A stretch of 64,000 nucleotides of DNA from the human T2T-CHM13v2.0 reference genome, Homo sapiens: assembly GCF_009914755.1 (NCBI RefSeq), contig NC_060934.1; one strand, written 5' to 3'. The notes beneath the pieces were generated by a model. The model did no database searches, was not told the origin of the DNA, and saw nothing but the letters and a program-made list of their open reading frames with translations. A program made the translations under genes and the position numbers. This document shows, one piece after another, positions 29,913 to 43,928 of the stretch (the stretch's first letter is position 1; the number at the start of each line of letters is the position of its first letter).

Positions 29913-30644
29913 CATCTCTTTATGGCATGCCCAGTTCTGGGGTTATGCTCCAGAGTGTGGAACTAGTTGAACTAGTAGAGTTCAGCTTGATTATGTCCCT
30001 GCAGTAAGAGGTGAGGCACATCCCACATCAGGCACCGGGAGAGACCTTCAGTACCAGCAGCTACATGGAGCAAACCATGCCCAGCAGCAAGTGTGTTGCA
30101 GTCCCACAGAGAGCAGTGCTTCCCAGAAGTGGCTCTGAAATCTTCAAGTGGCCTAAAAAACCCAATTCTTTTTTAAGGATGTAAGTTATAGATGATCTGA
30201 TAAGGCCTACTTAGAAAGCCAGTATTCTGGAAAGAGGCTCACACCTGTAATTTTCAGAAAATCTAATAAATGATGATGCATAGCTCTTAAATATTTATAT
30301 AAGAAGGCAGGAGAGAACCTGCCAGCTTCCTCAGCTAGAGGCAACATCTTTTATGCCAAATATGAATCATCATATAGTATTCTTTCTCAAAGGGACATGG
30401 TACTAGTCATAAATCAGTGTACTCGAGTGATCCAGACACTTTTATCAGTTTATAATCTCTTTTTCCTGCGGTTGTTGCGAAACTGTTTTCATTTTACTTG
30501 CAAAAGGTTCTGCCTGACGCAGCACAGCTGTGCACCCCTCTCCCGCTTTCAGCCACCCTTGCATTTTCAAGTCAAAAAGGATTAGGCTCATCAGACCAAT
30601 ACCATAGAAGGAAATTATAATGAATCTAGTACAGTGCATTAAAG

Positions 30645-30855
30645 ACCAACACAGCATGATGGTTAGGAGCCAGACTCAGTGGTCCAACTGACCTACATTT
30701 CAGGTCTAGCTCCATCAATTACTAAATGTGCCAGTTGACCGTGAGTCTCTAAGTAAATCACTCTCTGCATCAGCTTCCTCCACTGGAAAATGGAGATAAT
30801 AATAAGAAAGTGCATGGAAATAGTGAGTATTCTCTAAACGTTAGCATTTATTATC
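30645..30855 (+). mobile_element. MIR
   Basis: cagcatgatggttaggagc..catcagcttcctccactggaaaatggagataataat. Confidence 0.7.
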
Positions 30856-31147
30856 ACATCTAGAAACCCATCCATTTATGAAACCAGCTCTACAGACTCA
30901 ATGCTCTTAGAAAGAATGTTCATGTCAAACAAGAAGACAAATACCAGGCCACTCTTGGCTTAAACTCAGCAGCATAAAAACAAAACTGAACTACATTCAT
31001 ACTGCTTTTGACCTAGTTAAGCTTTGAGTATCTTGAAAGAGAGAGAGAGGAATAGAAAGGGAACTGGTTTCTCTTTGAAGGGTTTGCTTAGTCGATTTAG
31101 ATCAAGTTAGAGTTGACACCTGAGCAGGTTTCTACAGGCAGGTAGGT

Positions 31148-31330
31148 CAGGGTTTCTCAGTCTTGGCACCATTGGCATTTGGGGCCAAATAATTCCTTGT
31201 TGTCAGGGGCTGTCCTGTGTGTTGGTGGACATTTAGTAGCATCCCAAGTTGTGACAACTAAAAATGTCTCCAGATAGATAATTACAAAATGTCTCTGGGG
31301 GATAAAATTGCCCACAGTTGAAAACCACTG
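31148..31330. mobile_element. MER20 hAT-Charlie MITE
   Basis: cagggtttctcagtcttggcac..aagttgtgacaactaaaaatgtctccaga..gttgaaaaccactg. Confidence 0.9.
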
Positions 31331-31479
31331 GAGGATATTAGGTTGATAGATTCATAGATAGATATGGATATAGATATGAATATGGATGAAGGTGTAGGGA
31401 CAGACACAGATGTAAATGCTTGGCAGATGGTTATCAGTGGGTACAGTGCTCACCTTCTTGAATGCTCTACCATGCATCC

Positions 31480-32130
31480 ATAGTTATCTTCTAAGACACA
31501 AGCCTGATCGCATTGCTTGGCTGCTTCAAAGCCTTTACTAAGCTCCCTCTGCCTACCAAATTGTTTAAAGTATTTAATATTAAATGTGATGTTGTCCACA
31601 ACTCGACCCCTTCTCATTTCAGATCCAATTCCCCATTTTCCCCACTATATTGTTCTTCACCCAAACCTTCCAATACACAGACACATGCACACACTACACA
31701 CATACAGACACACACACACAGACACACACATCATGCACACATACCCACATGTACAGACACACTGGTTTTCTGACAGTTTTACAAACACATCATGTGCTTT
31801 TGCACCTTCATTTTTGTTCTGTGTCTGTCTTGTCCATCCCTACTCCTCCACGTCTCAGCCTAGAGAACCTCTGTCCCAGTTTTAAGGCAAGCCCAAATGT
31901 GATCTCCTCTGGAAAACCTTCCTGGATGCCACCTCATGGGCGGATTTAATCCCTGTCACCTGCAGTCACCTGATCCTCTACCTATGGCCCTCCCAGCCTT
32001 CTTCATCATAGCTCACAGAGTCTCTATTTGTCTCCTCTGTAATTAAAGACTGCATTCTTTTCATGGCTATAGTAACATGGTCCCTGCTGGCTCATAGCGG
32101 GCACTTGATGGGGGTTTGCTGAATTGAGCA
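31480..32130 (+). mobile_element. L2 3' region with CA-rich insert (31675-31760)
   Basis: caaatgtgatctcctctggaaaaccttcctg and degenerate L2 tail. Confidence 0.6.
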
Positions 32131-32177
32131 TGTACGTTTCTCCAGCTTTAAAGTTTAAAGCGCCACTCCTTCCCAGA

Positions 32178-32720
32178 GATTCCACAAATACTGACCGAGC
32201 TCCTCCAGTGGACACAGTACCACATGGGTGCAGGCAAGACTATGTAGCCCACGGGGAATAAGACAAATACGAAAGGAGAACGTGTAATGTGATAGATGTA
32301 GAACCGGTGCTCCAGGTGGCTGAAAATACGGTGCTGTGGAGTTGAGGGTGTGAAGAGAACACCTGCTTCATGGAGAAGGTGGAGTGTGAATAGCAGGTAG
32401 ATCTATAGAGTTGGGAATGATAGAAAAGAGACTTCCAAGCCTCAGATGGGGAAATTTCTAGAGGTAATTAGGGCACAATAAATAGACCATTTTGGCTGAA
32501 AGTGAAGGTTGGTATACAGGAAAAGTAGGAGAAGAACCAGAATACTAGGGACAGGGTGTCTAGTTGAAGGATCTTTTCTCCAAAGTGCTACTGGTTTCAA
32601 GAAAGAGAAACTCTCTTGAGCTATGTAAGCAAGTGTGGAGATGGGAAAGGGAGGCAGAGCATAGAAGGAGTACTGAGTGTATTCAGACACTGAGGGAAAA
32701 AGGACATGCGAAGATATGGA
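32178..32720 (-). mobile_element. L2 fragment
   Basis: Purine-rich reverse L2 (gcttcatggagaaggtgg, agagacttccaagcc). Confidence 0.5.
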
Positions 32721-32869
32721 ATACTGAAAATCTCTTGGGGCTAAGCAGCTAACCTCTTAGTCAATCTAGATGTGTCTATCAGTCAGTTTGTCCACCATCT
32801 CTCTGTCTAAGACCATATAGTCTCCATCCCTCTGTATATTTTGCTCCATCATCCTCTCTACACTCCAGC

Positions 32870-33145
32870 CACAGAGTAAATAGCTGTGAGATTATACTGC
32901 CTGGGCTTTTATTCTAGTATCTTAGCTGCATGACCTTGGACAAGTTTTAAAACTTTTTAAACTCTTAGTTCCTCATCTGTTGGGTGGTCACAGTAATTTT
33001 CTTTCTTTAGATGATAGATAGATAGATGGATAGACAGACATATATCTGGATGGCGGTTATAAAAATTAAATAACACATGTCAAACACTTCACATAGCACC
33101 TGCCGTGATGAATGCTCAATAAACAGTGGCCATCACTGTTATTAC
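32870..33145 (+). mobile_element. MIR
   Basis: agctgcatgaccttggacaagtt..cctcatctgt..tgctcaataaac. Confidence 0.8.
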
Positions 33146-33283
33146 TACTCAGGATTTCTCTGCTTCCATGTAACTTAAGTGTGCATATGGCTTCAACTTG
33201 CCAAGGTACCAGTCCTGATAAAGGATCTTTCAGCTCAATCTCCTGACCTGTTTCTGTGTCCTTTGCTCAATTTCTTGAGGGGA

Positions 33284-33354
33284 AAGAGACAGAGAGAAGA
33301 GAGAGGAGAGAGATGAGAGAGAGAGAGAGAGACAGAGAGAGAGAGAGACAGAGA

Positions 33355-33396
<42 letters not shown>
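33284..33396. repeat. (GA)n microsatellite
   Basis: Direct inspection. Confidence 0.97.
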
Positions 33397-33398
<2 letters not shown>

Positions 33399-34164
33399 CT
33401 GGTCACAGGCTACATGGGTGGGTTAAGTGTCCCCTAATGGGCTGTAGCCAGGAACGATGACTCTCGTGGCATGCAGAGCTTCAAGAAGTTGAGGCAGGTG
33501 ATGGATTTAGATGAGATTGGATATGTAGGGCAGGCCCTGAATGCAAGACGAAGAGAACAGAGGCAAGTTGAGAGGAGTCTGGAGGGCCAGTGAGAGTTGA
33601 AAGAGGTACACTTAGCAGGGAAGGGCCCCCAGCTCTGCATGAATGGAAAAATGATAGCTCACCACTTTACCAACTGCAGACATCAACAGTAGACCCATCA
33701 GGATATCCCAGAATGGAACTTGGGCCAGCTCGGAAGACAAAACCCAGCACACACCCAAAGACCACACGAGGGCAAGTGCTTTCTTCCCCACTCCACCTTC
33801 TTCCAAGTCCTAGACAATATCTCAGGGCCAAATAGGAGGGACAGAATGGAAAGAATGAGAAAGTAGCCCCAAATGGCTGAGTTACACCTGTAGACCTTGT
33901 TTAACTCCTTGAATCATGCCAAATGAGAAAAATTATGTTGTATATTCATTTTCTCTTCTTTCTAGTAGGCAGAAACTCATAGAGCAGCTTCAAAAGAGGA
34001 AGAAACTACATTTTCTTGGTACATCCAAAGGTTGCGACTTTGTAACCTTGTTCCTTTACAGGAGGTGTATCTACCAAATTTTAAGAGCTGTCTTCGAAGA
34101 TTCCCATCTTAAGGACAGAGACCATGTCACAAATCTATCCATCAAAGTTGAAAAAACACCAGTT

Positions 34165-34420
34165 TTGCTAAGTCCAAGATCACTGGGACCAAACCTGGAT
34201 GCCTGCTTACTAGATCTGTGAAACTGGGCAGCTCCTTTAATTTCTCTTACCTTCCACTTCTCTTTCTGTAAAGTGGGCCTAGTAATCTCGGTCCTACCCT
34301 CCATTGAAGGCATTTCAGAAAATCACATGAGATAATGTAAAGTAAATCTGCTTTCAAAGTCATATAGAATAAAAGCTTGAATTATTATGAGAGTGCCTGG
34401 CAGACGGTGGGTGCTAAAAA
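34165..34420 (+). mobile_element. MIR
   Basis: ctgtgaaactgggcagctcctttaatttctc..ctgtaaagtggg..gtgcctggca. Confidence 0.65.
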
Positions 34421-35102
34421 GTATGCAATAGTAAGTACGAAATTACTGAGCAATTTATTTCTATGCAATTTAATGGAATGTCATTTTTCCTATAGATGAA
34501 GTGTATGGAGATTTGAAAAAGAAAGAAGACACTGTTTCCTCATTTTAGTACCTGAAGCCCTATGTATAATGGCAAAGCTTTACATATTAGAGTTTCCTAG
34601 ACATGCAGGATGATTTCATCTAGTTCCTCATTTTCAAGGTCAAGACCCTGTGTCTCAGTGTGGTTTCAAGACCAATGCCAGGCATAAGGTTTCTGCTTCC
34701 TGGCCCAGTGACCTCGCAACCATACCACGATGTCATTTTTTAAATGTCTTACTATAAGTAAAATTACAACAATAAGCAATTGACATATGACTTCACAGAT
34801 TCCAAAATGCATTTCCATGTGTGATTTCACTTGATCCTTTAAAATGTAGGGGGAAGAAGTTATGACCCACACTTCATCACCGGAGAGAAAACCAAAGTTT
34901 GGGTACATAAGATAACATGTTTCAGGAAACGACAAGGTGCATTTTAAGTCTCTCTTTCCAGTGCTCATATGGTATCTAAAAGAGCTACAATTTCCACAAG
35001 TGGAGCAGAAGACAATAGTCACTTCACAGTGCACATTAACAACACACATCAAAACAAGGAGATGAAGCAAGATTTCTGGATCCGAAAAAAAAAAAACAAG
35101 TG

Positions 35103-35110
35103 TGACGTCA
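35103..35110. promoter_or_regulatory. Full palindromic CRE (TGACGTCA)
   Basis: Exact motif in unique sequence. Confidence 0.35.
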
Positions 35111-35569
35111 TGGTTTTAGAGGAACAAAGCTGAAGGCAATGGAAGCTGCAAGTGCGTGCTGATTTCACTCAGAGGCTCGGATGCTTTCACAAGTTCATTT
35201 AAAAAATGAACATGGCTTGGATCACCAACAAACCACACCAGCCATGTGATCCAATTTGGTACATATCGTCCCTCGGAGTGAAATGCTGCTATGTTGACAG
35301 TGTTTAACCCTAATTTCACTGCAAAGGAGAATTTGTGCTGTTTAAAGGCAAATTTCTTTCTTTAATCAGGGGACAAACCTTAAGGCCAATACAGTGGCAA
35401 TGCCAAGGCCAAAGCAGGAGGTTCCTAAAAAATAAGGAAGACTGAAGGAGGGCTCAGTGAGAGGCAGAGTTCGCTGGGGACACGGCACTAGACCCTGCTT
35501 CTTTTGCTATCTGCCTCTGGGGACCCTGAAAAGTAGTGTTTTAGTGTTTCCCAATACCTTTTGAGATGG

Positions 35570-36430
35570 ATTCATTTGTTACCCATTCGGTGAACATTAC
35601 TGAGCATCTATTGGTTTTATAAAATAATTGGGAACAGGATGAACTTACATTCTAGTGTGTGTGTTGGGGGCAGAGATACAAACAGATAAAAGCAGAAACC
35701 ATTTCAGAATGTGCAAAGGGCTAGGAAGGAAATAAATATCAATGACAATGACAGGGACAAGGTCAGGGAGGGATTCTCTGTGGAATAATAGCAAAACTGA
35801 GGCCTGAATGACTAGACGTCAGACATGAAAGGAGGTAGTACAAGACCGTTCTAAGTAGAGGGAATAGACGGGCAGGAAGGAGCTAAGCCAATGTGGATGA
35901 AGTGTAGGGGATGTAAACCTGAAATGTCTGGGACAGGTCTCAAACAATTTAGAAAGTGTATTTTGCCAAGATTAAGGGCACGTCCATGACACAGCCTCAG
36001 GAGGGCCTGACGACACGTCCCCAAGGTGGTTGAGCACAGCTTGGGTATAAACGGAGAAAATCAAAAGCTCTGTTTGGAATGTGTTAAATTTAAGTCACTC
36101 AGTCAATATCTACACAGTAGACAGTTGAATATGCAAATCTGGAGCATTGAGGTAAGTTTAGGGTCAGAAATGTAAGTCTGGGACTCAACATGTGGAAGCC
36201 ATTTAAAGCCATGAGACAGGATGAGTGCACCTAACGGGAAGGTGCAGGTAGAGAAGAGAAGGTGGCCAGACTGGAGCCTGTTACCCCGTGACATTTATGT
36301 CACGTACCTGAGGAAGACGCAGCAAAGAGAACCGAGAGGACCCTTGATGAAGTAGGAGGAAAACCAGCAGGGGGTGCTGTTGGGGAAGGCGGGCACGACT
36401 GTATTGTGTGCTACTGAAATGCTGAGTGTG
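35570..36430 (-). mobile_element. L2a fragment
   Basis: ttcatttgtt..ttactgagcatcta tail; gacagttgaatatgcaaatctggagc, atttaaagccatgagacaggatgag. Confidence 0.8.
35912..36047 (-). mobile_element. MER4-type LTR terminal fragment
   Basis: tgtaaacc..acaggtctcaaacaatttagaaagtgtattttgccaag..gacacagcctcaggagg. Confidence 0.8.
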
Positions 36431-36685
36431 ATTGGGGTTGTAGGCAAGGAGGTCATTGCAAAATATTTATTTTAAGCAAATTGTAAAGTAGCTCAGTTGT
36501 TAGCTCTATGTAACAAATGCTTGCTGAATAAAGGGAGGAGTAGAAGGATGGAGGGATGAATACAGGCAAGGCCATGAGAAGACAAAATTTCCCAGTCCAG
36601 CTCTTGGTTCTCTGATGGGCTAACTGCTTGGCCTTGGACTCACTTAGCACATGAGTTTCTTATCTCTGAAAATGCTTTAACACAG

Positions 36686-37167
36686 CATATTAGCTCGGTT
36701 CTCCAGAGAACAGAGCCTACAGGATGTGTGTTAATATACGAAGAGATTTAATTATAAGGAATCGGCTCACATGATTATAAAGTCTGGGAAGTCCCAAGAT
36801 CACTAGGCAGAGCGGGCAGGTTGGAGACACAGGAGAGCTGAGGGTTTAGTTCCAGCCCAAAGGCCAGCAGGCTTGAGACTCAGGAAGGGCCAGTGTTTCA
36901 GTTTGAGTCTGAAGGGAAGAAAAAAACCCATATCCCAGTCGGAAGGCTATCAAGCAGGAGGAACTCCTTTAATAGGAGAAAGGTAAACCTTTTTGTTCTA
37001 TTCAGGCCTTCAGTGGACTAGATGAGGCCCACCCATATTAGGAAGGCAATTGGCTTTACTCTGTCTGTTGATTTAAATCCCAAAACAGACACACCTAGAA
37101 TAATGTTTGACCAGCTATCTGGGCAACCCATGGCCCAGTTAAGTTGACACATCAGTTAGCCATTACA
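36686..37167 (-). mobile_element. MLT2 (ERVL) solo LTR
   Basis: ggttctccagagaacagagcc..aagttgacacatcagttagccattaca. Confidence 0.88.
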
Positions 37168-37331
37168 CACAGGCTGGAGGGCTCCTTGTCCAGGATATCT
37201 TAAAATACGTTCTTGGGGTTAACGTGTGGGCTTGTTTGCTTTATAGAGTCCCCAACACTTAATAGAGTTTGTGATTCTAGGATTTACAGGATATAAGCAA
37301 GTGAAATAAATACTTTTTAAGAACTAATTCA

Positions 37332-37639
<308 letters not shown>

Positions 37640-37859
37640 ACTAATTTAAAAATCATATATTCTTTGTTGCAATATTATCATGGAATATACTTACAGACAG
37701 ACAGGTCCTATGCTGGGAAGTACAAGGTGGTGTTTAAATGTTCTCATTTGAAAAGTCAGGATGGTTAGAGCCCCAGGAGTCTAACTGATATGCAGGGGTG
37801 TGATTTTTTGGGGGGGTTTCTCCTTTTCCCACCATGGATCTGTTGAAGTGGATCATCTT

Positions 37860-38185
37860 ATTTCACCCGAAGGATCGTTGGAAAGAGCTGGGTCGCAGGC
37901 TTAGAGGATGGCTCTTGAGCTGTTTGTCCCCTGACTTCCATACGCTCCCCTTCTGTGCCCCGTATTCTCCCTATGTGTCTCGACTCGGAGACATCGCACC
38001 TGCGCAGATGCTGACAGACGCCCATAGATGGCAGCAGCCCTCTGAAGCAACAGCGGAGGTAACGTGGGCGTTCGCCTTAGGAGCCGGGGCAGGGTGCAGA
38101 GCTAGGGTAGTGGGTGAATGTTCACACAAGCTGTGCACTTTCCTTTCCAAAGCAAAAAAGCGACTCTGTCCTGCCACACGTTAGA
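37860..38185 (+). promoter_or_regulatory. CpG-enriched unique segment with CTCF-like motif and a splice donor
   Basis: Roughly 18 CpGs in ~330 bp, CCCATAGATGGCAGC at 38021-38035, GAG|GTAACG donor after 38058. Confidence 0.4.
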
Positions 38186-38829
38186 ATATTTGTTATTTTA
38201 AATAGAGCTAATACTCAAGATGGGAGGGAACAAAGGCAGCAACTCCCAGCCTCTTAAACTTCGGGTTTACATACCTTCAAAAACAAGTTGTACTCTTTGT
38301 CTGCGATTGTTGCTTCTAACATATGTTGGGCTCTTATCGTTTCCCAGCAGATGCAGGCACAAGGACGAAACTTGCTCACTCTCCCTATAATCAGTTAAGA
38401 ACAGATGTCCAAATAGATATATCTCCCCCTAAACCTTAAGTAAAGATAATGTATGCAGAGTAAACAGAAAAGTGGGCACATTAGCCCAAATACAGATGGC
38501 TTCGCCGGATAGAGGTGTGTTGCAGAAGTCATTAAACATTAAGGTTCAATAGCGTCACATCAAAATACGGTATTTTACAAGAAAAATAGCTGATACCAGT
38601 GCTATTGGGCTTGTCTTTCCACATTCAATGTTGCTGTCTCTGAATGCCTCTGCAGGCAGCAAGAACTAATGGGACGTCTTGGAAAACTCAGCCTGTTCTA
38701 TGGGGATACCCGGCAACTGTCCAGGCCGTTTGTTGAAGCATTCTGCTGACTGCAGCAAGCCAGAAAATTAGAGCAAGTGTTTTTCACCTAAAGCTAGGTT
38801 CCAGAAAAAAAAAACAAAAAAAACAAAGA

Positions 38830-39154
<325 letters not shown>

Positions 39155-41104
39155 TCAAAGATCAGCAGTCTTCTAAATGCCTCCGCCCTGTAATATGCAT
39201 GGTCGGCCTCCCAATTCTGAGTTAAAAAATAATTTTGTTTGTTTGTTTGTTTGTTTTTTAAAAAAACAACCTAAGTTAGGCTGCCATGCACCATTCTCTA
39301 AACTCTTTGTGTATTTCTCCTAAATATTTTTTATTTATTTTTGAATAGCTAATTCACACACATAGTTTAAAAAATTAAAAATGTATTTAAAGGAATACAG
39401 TGAAAAGGCTCTTACAAATGCCTGCTACTCATCTACACGTTACCATTGTCATGAATTTTTTATGTATCCTTTCAGAGTAGGAAGGCATACAAATAAAAGT
39501 AAATAAACAACCGTATTTTTTTTTCCTTTTTAACACAAAAAAGAGAAACTCTGTTCACACTATTCCACCTCTTGCTTTTTAAAATAACACTATAGGTTGG
39601 AGAGCTTTCCGTATCAACCTATAGAAAGCTCTCTTATTCTGGTTTACAGCTGTGTGATAGCCCATTACTTGGGTAAATCATATACCGTATTTTATGAACT
39701 AGTTCTTTATTACTAGATACTTAGATTATTTCCTGTCTGCAATTACAGACAGTGCTGTAACTAATAATCTCAAAATATATCTTTTCAATATGTGCCCGGA
39801 CATCTATGTGATAAATGGCCAGAAGTGTAACTGTTGGGTCTAGGAGCAGATGATGGTCATTTTAATGCTTTTCATCTGAATCTTGCACATGTTGTGTTGA
39901 GTTTATTCCTATGTATTTTATCTCTGGGTTGCTGTTGTAAATGGGTTCTTTGCTTCCATTATATCTTCTAACGGGCTACTGTTAATATATATGAAAGCTA
40001 TTGATTTCTGTGTAATAATTTTATACCTTATTCCTTTAGTATATTCTCTTATAGTTTTTAAAATTGATCAATGAGTTGACTTCAGTTTTCCAAATATTTA
40101 GTTTTATTGTCATCTGCAGATAGTAATGGTTTTACATTTTCTGTTCCACTTTTAAATCTCAATTTTTTCAACAAATTTTATATATAATTCTACAGTGAAA
40201 TATTAAATAATAATAACATTAGTGGGCATTCCTGATTTCATCCTGATATTTAATGGAAATGTCTCTAGTACTGGCTTCTGAATTGAGATACCAATATTTT
40301 ATTATATTAAAGAAGTTTTATATTTATTATATAAAGTATTATATTAAAGTGTTCATGTATTTCTACTTTATTATTTTCAAGAATTTATTGAAATTTTTTA
40401 AATGCCTTTGAGAGACTATGTAGATAGTGATGTGATTTTTCTATTAAGATGACAAATTATATCGATTTCCTAATACTGAATCAGCTTTGAAATTCTAGCC
40501 TTAGCCCTACTTGATTAGAATTCTTTTAATGTGTTGCTGAATTCTGTTTGTTCACGTTTATTTAGAGTTTTGGAATCACTATTCATAAGTGAGATTTGTT
40601 GATAGGTTGGTTTTCTTAAATTTCATAACATTTGGGTATTAATATAATTACTTTAAAATTTTTCCAGCAATAGTATTTATCTCCTTCAGGTTTTCAAATC
40701 ATTTCCGGAGATTTGAGGGAAGTAGTCTCATTCATTTAATCATCTCTGTTATTTTGGTTATATTCCCTTTTCCATTTCTTTTTTAAATTTTATATTGTAT
40801 GTTTACCCTTTGCAAAAAGTAGGTTTTTCAGCTTATATGTTTTTCTCATAAACGGTTTATAGATTTATTTATTAGGGCTACTGTTCCTCTATTTTCTAAC
40901 TCATTAAATTCTGCTTTTATCTTCATTCAAGGCTTGTGTTGTAGTTCTTTTTCTAACATTTTGGATAAGATAGAAATGTGTTTGTTTTCCCTCATTTTTT
41001 GGCATATGTTCTTGTTGCTGTTATGAGGAGGTTATTGTGCATGGCTTTAGCTGTGCTGGATACATCCTCCCCTGTCATGTTTTTATTCTAGTTATGTTCT
41101 AGAT

Positions 41105-41595
<491 letters not shown>

Positions 41596-41696
41596 CTAGA
41601 CATTTTCCAATTTTCATTTGTATTTCTCCTTTTATCCAATAATTACTCAAGATATGGGGCTTTTTTTTTTAGCATGTCACTAATTAGGAGATAGAG

Positions 41697-41808
41697 TTTT
41701 AAAATATACATATATTTTAAATATATATATAAATATTTTAAATATATATATAAATATTTTAAATATAAATATAAATATTTTAAATATAAATATTATATAT
41801 ATTTTAAA
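41697..41808. repeat. AT-rich ~20-bp tandem repeat
   Basis: (tattttaaatatatatataaa)-like units. Confidence 0.9.
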
Positions 41809-43511
41809 GGTTGAAAGAACTTTTAGTTATCCAATTTCATTAACTACTAGTCTTACTGCATTGTGATCAGAGAAAACTGCCTGTATTCTTTGTAGTTTGG
41901 GGGCATTATTTAGGATATCTTTGTGACCCAATGTATACTGTATGTGGGTATACAATGTGTACTGAGAGCACTGGGGCCACTTTGAAAGGGGTTTATTCAG
42001 TGTCTTCAGGATAGAATGTTAGATACATATTGATCAATCATGTAATGTTATTTAGAACTACTGTATCCATATTTTCTTTTGTACTTGAACTGTCATGACT
42101 GACAGAGATAAATTAAGATTTCCTTCTACCAGTTTGCTTCGATTTCTTGTGTCTCCTTTAATCCTGCTTCATGACTGTGGCTGTTATTTCATATTTAGAG
42201 CAGGGCTAATGTGTTTTCATTATGACTCACACAAGTTGGCATTACAAAGTGCCCTTGTCCGTCTTGTTCTGGCCTGAACTCCATGCTGTCTGATATGAAA
42301 GTTTGTGATCATTTTCTTCTCAATTGCATTTGACTAGCGTATCTCTATCTGTTATTTTATATTTATATACTTTTATTTCCATGATTTTGAAGCTCTGTTT
42401 TAGGAATGCTGTTTTCATTCAGCATCGAGTTGTGTTTGGTTTTGATCCAACCTGAAATCCGTTTGTATTAATAGATAAGTTAAACTCATTTAACTTGTTA
42501 ATGTGATAGATATGTCAAGCTTTAGTTCTACCTTTTATGTTTATGTGTTCGTGATACTTAAAGGTCTTTTACTATGCACTCCATGAATAGTACTTTCATC
42601 ACAGAGTTAAAAAATATTTTTGTTTAATGGTTGATTACCCTTGCAATTGCAAATTTATGCATTATCACCAGCACTCTCTTTAGTTCATAGCTATTATCTC
42701 CTTATCTCCTCCTCCCTACTCTCCATGACCCAATTTCATTTAATAGTATTACCTTTCTTGGTACTTAACTATGTAGTATGAAATATGCTACTGCTTCTAT
42801 TTCCTGGTTTGTGAGTTTTAAATGATACCTTTGATATCTAGCTTTATAGATGAAGCAATTAGCAAACCTATCTACTCATACTCTTTCCCTCTTCCTCTCC
42901 TACGTTTATCACTCATAGCATTTATACCTTGTTTGGGCATATACCATTGGTATTTTATCCTGCCTCACTGATCCCCCACCATTTCAGTCTTATTTGTACA
43001 GTTAAACATATTCATGCACTACTATTAGTCCTTTTGCTATACTTTTCTCAGTTTCTTAGTCATCTCTTAGTTGAAGAAACCTCATTCTTCAGCAGTTATC
43101 CCAACATAGGCTTATAGGAAAAATATAATCTGAGGTTTGCAGATCGAAACTCTTTTTTGGCATTGGTTATACTATAAAGAGAGCTTGGCCTCATGAAAAT
43201 CCTTGGCCCACAATTTATTTTCATCTATGTCTTATAAGCATTGTTTCTCGGTCTTCATGTTGCTCTGGAAACATCTAAAGCCAGCCCTATTTGTTCCCTT
43301 GTTTTAGTGACAGTATTTTTACCTGGCTTCCCAAAGATATCTCCTTTCCTTTTTCTAGTTCAACAATTTCACAAAATTATATTTTGATGCTGACAATTTG
43401 CAGTGAGTATTTTCTGGCTTATAGTATGCCTGTTCAGCATGCAGATTTGTTTCATTTTATTTAACTTATGCCTTGCCTATTTGTTCTATTTCACTCATCT
43501 TTGAAAATTCT

Positions 43512-43852
43512 GGCCGGGAGCAGTGGCTCACACCTGTAATCCAGCACTTTGGGAGGCCAAGGAGGGTGGATCACTTGAAGTCAGGAGTTTGAGACCAGCC
43601 TAGTCAACATGGCGAAACCACCTCTACTAAAAATACAAATATTAGCCAGGTGTGGTGGCACGCACCTGTAATCCCAGCTACTTAGGAGGCAGAGTCAGGA
43701 GAATCACTTGAACCCAGGGGGCAGAGGTTGCAGTGAGCTGAGATGGCGCCACTGCACTCCAGCCTGGGTGACAGAGCGAGACTCTGTGTCAAAAAAAAAG
43801 AAAGGAAGGAAGGAAAGAAGGAAGGAAGGAAGGAAAGAAGAAAGAAAGAAAG

Positions 43853-43895
<43 letters not shown>

Positions 43896-43928
43896 AAAGA
43901 AAGAAAAGAGAGAGAAAGAAAGAAAAAA
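43512..43928 (+). mobile_element. AluS with long (GAAG)n/(GAAA)n tail
   Basis: Full dimer to ~43800, purine microsatellite tail to 43928. Confidence 0.96.

Noticed and set aside
32075-32225. Tail-to-tail L2 pair as a miR-28/151-type hairpin
   Set aside because: Complementarity between the two tails is too weak by eye
37834-38184. 116-aa ORF in CpG-rich patch
   Set aside because: No recognisable homology; explained by local GC content
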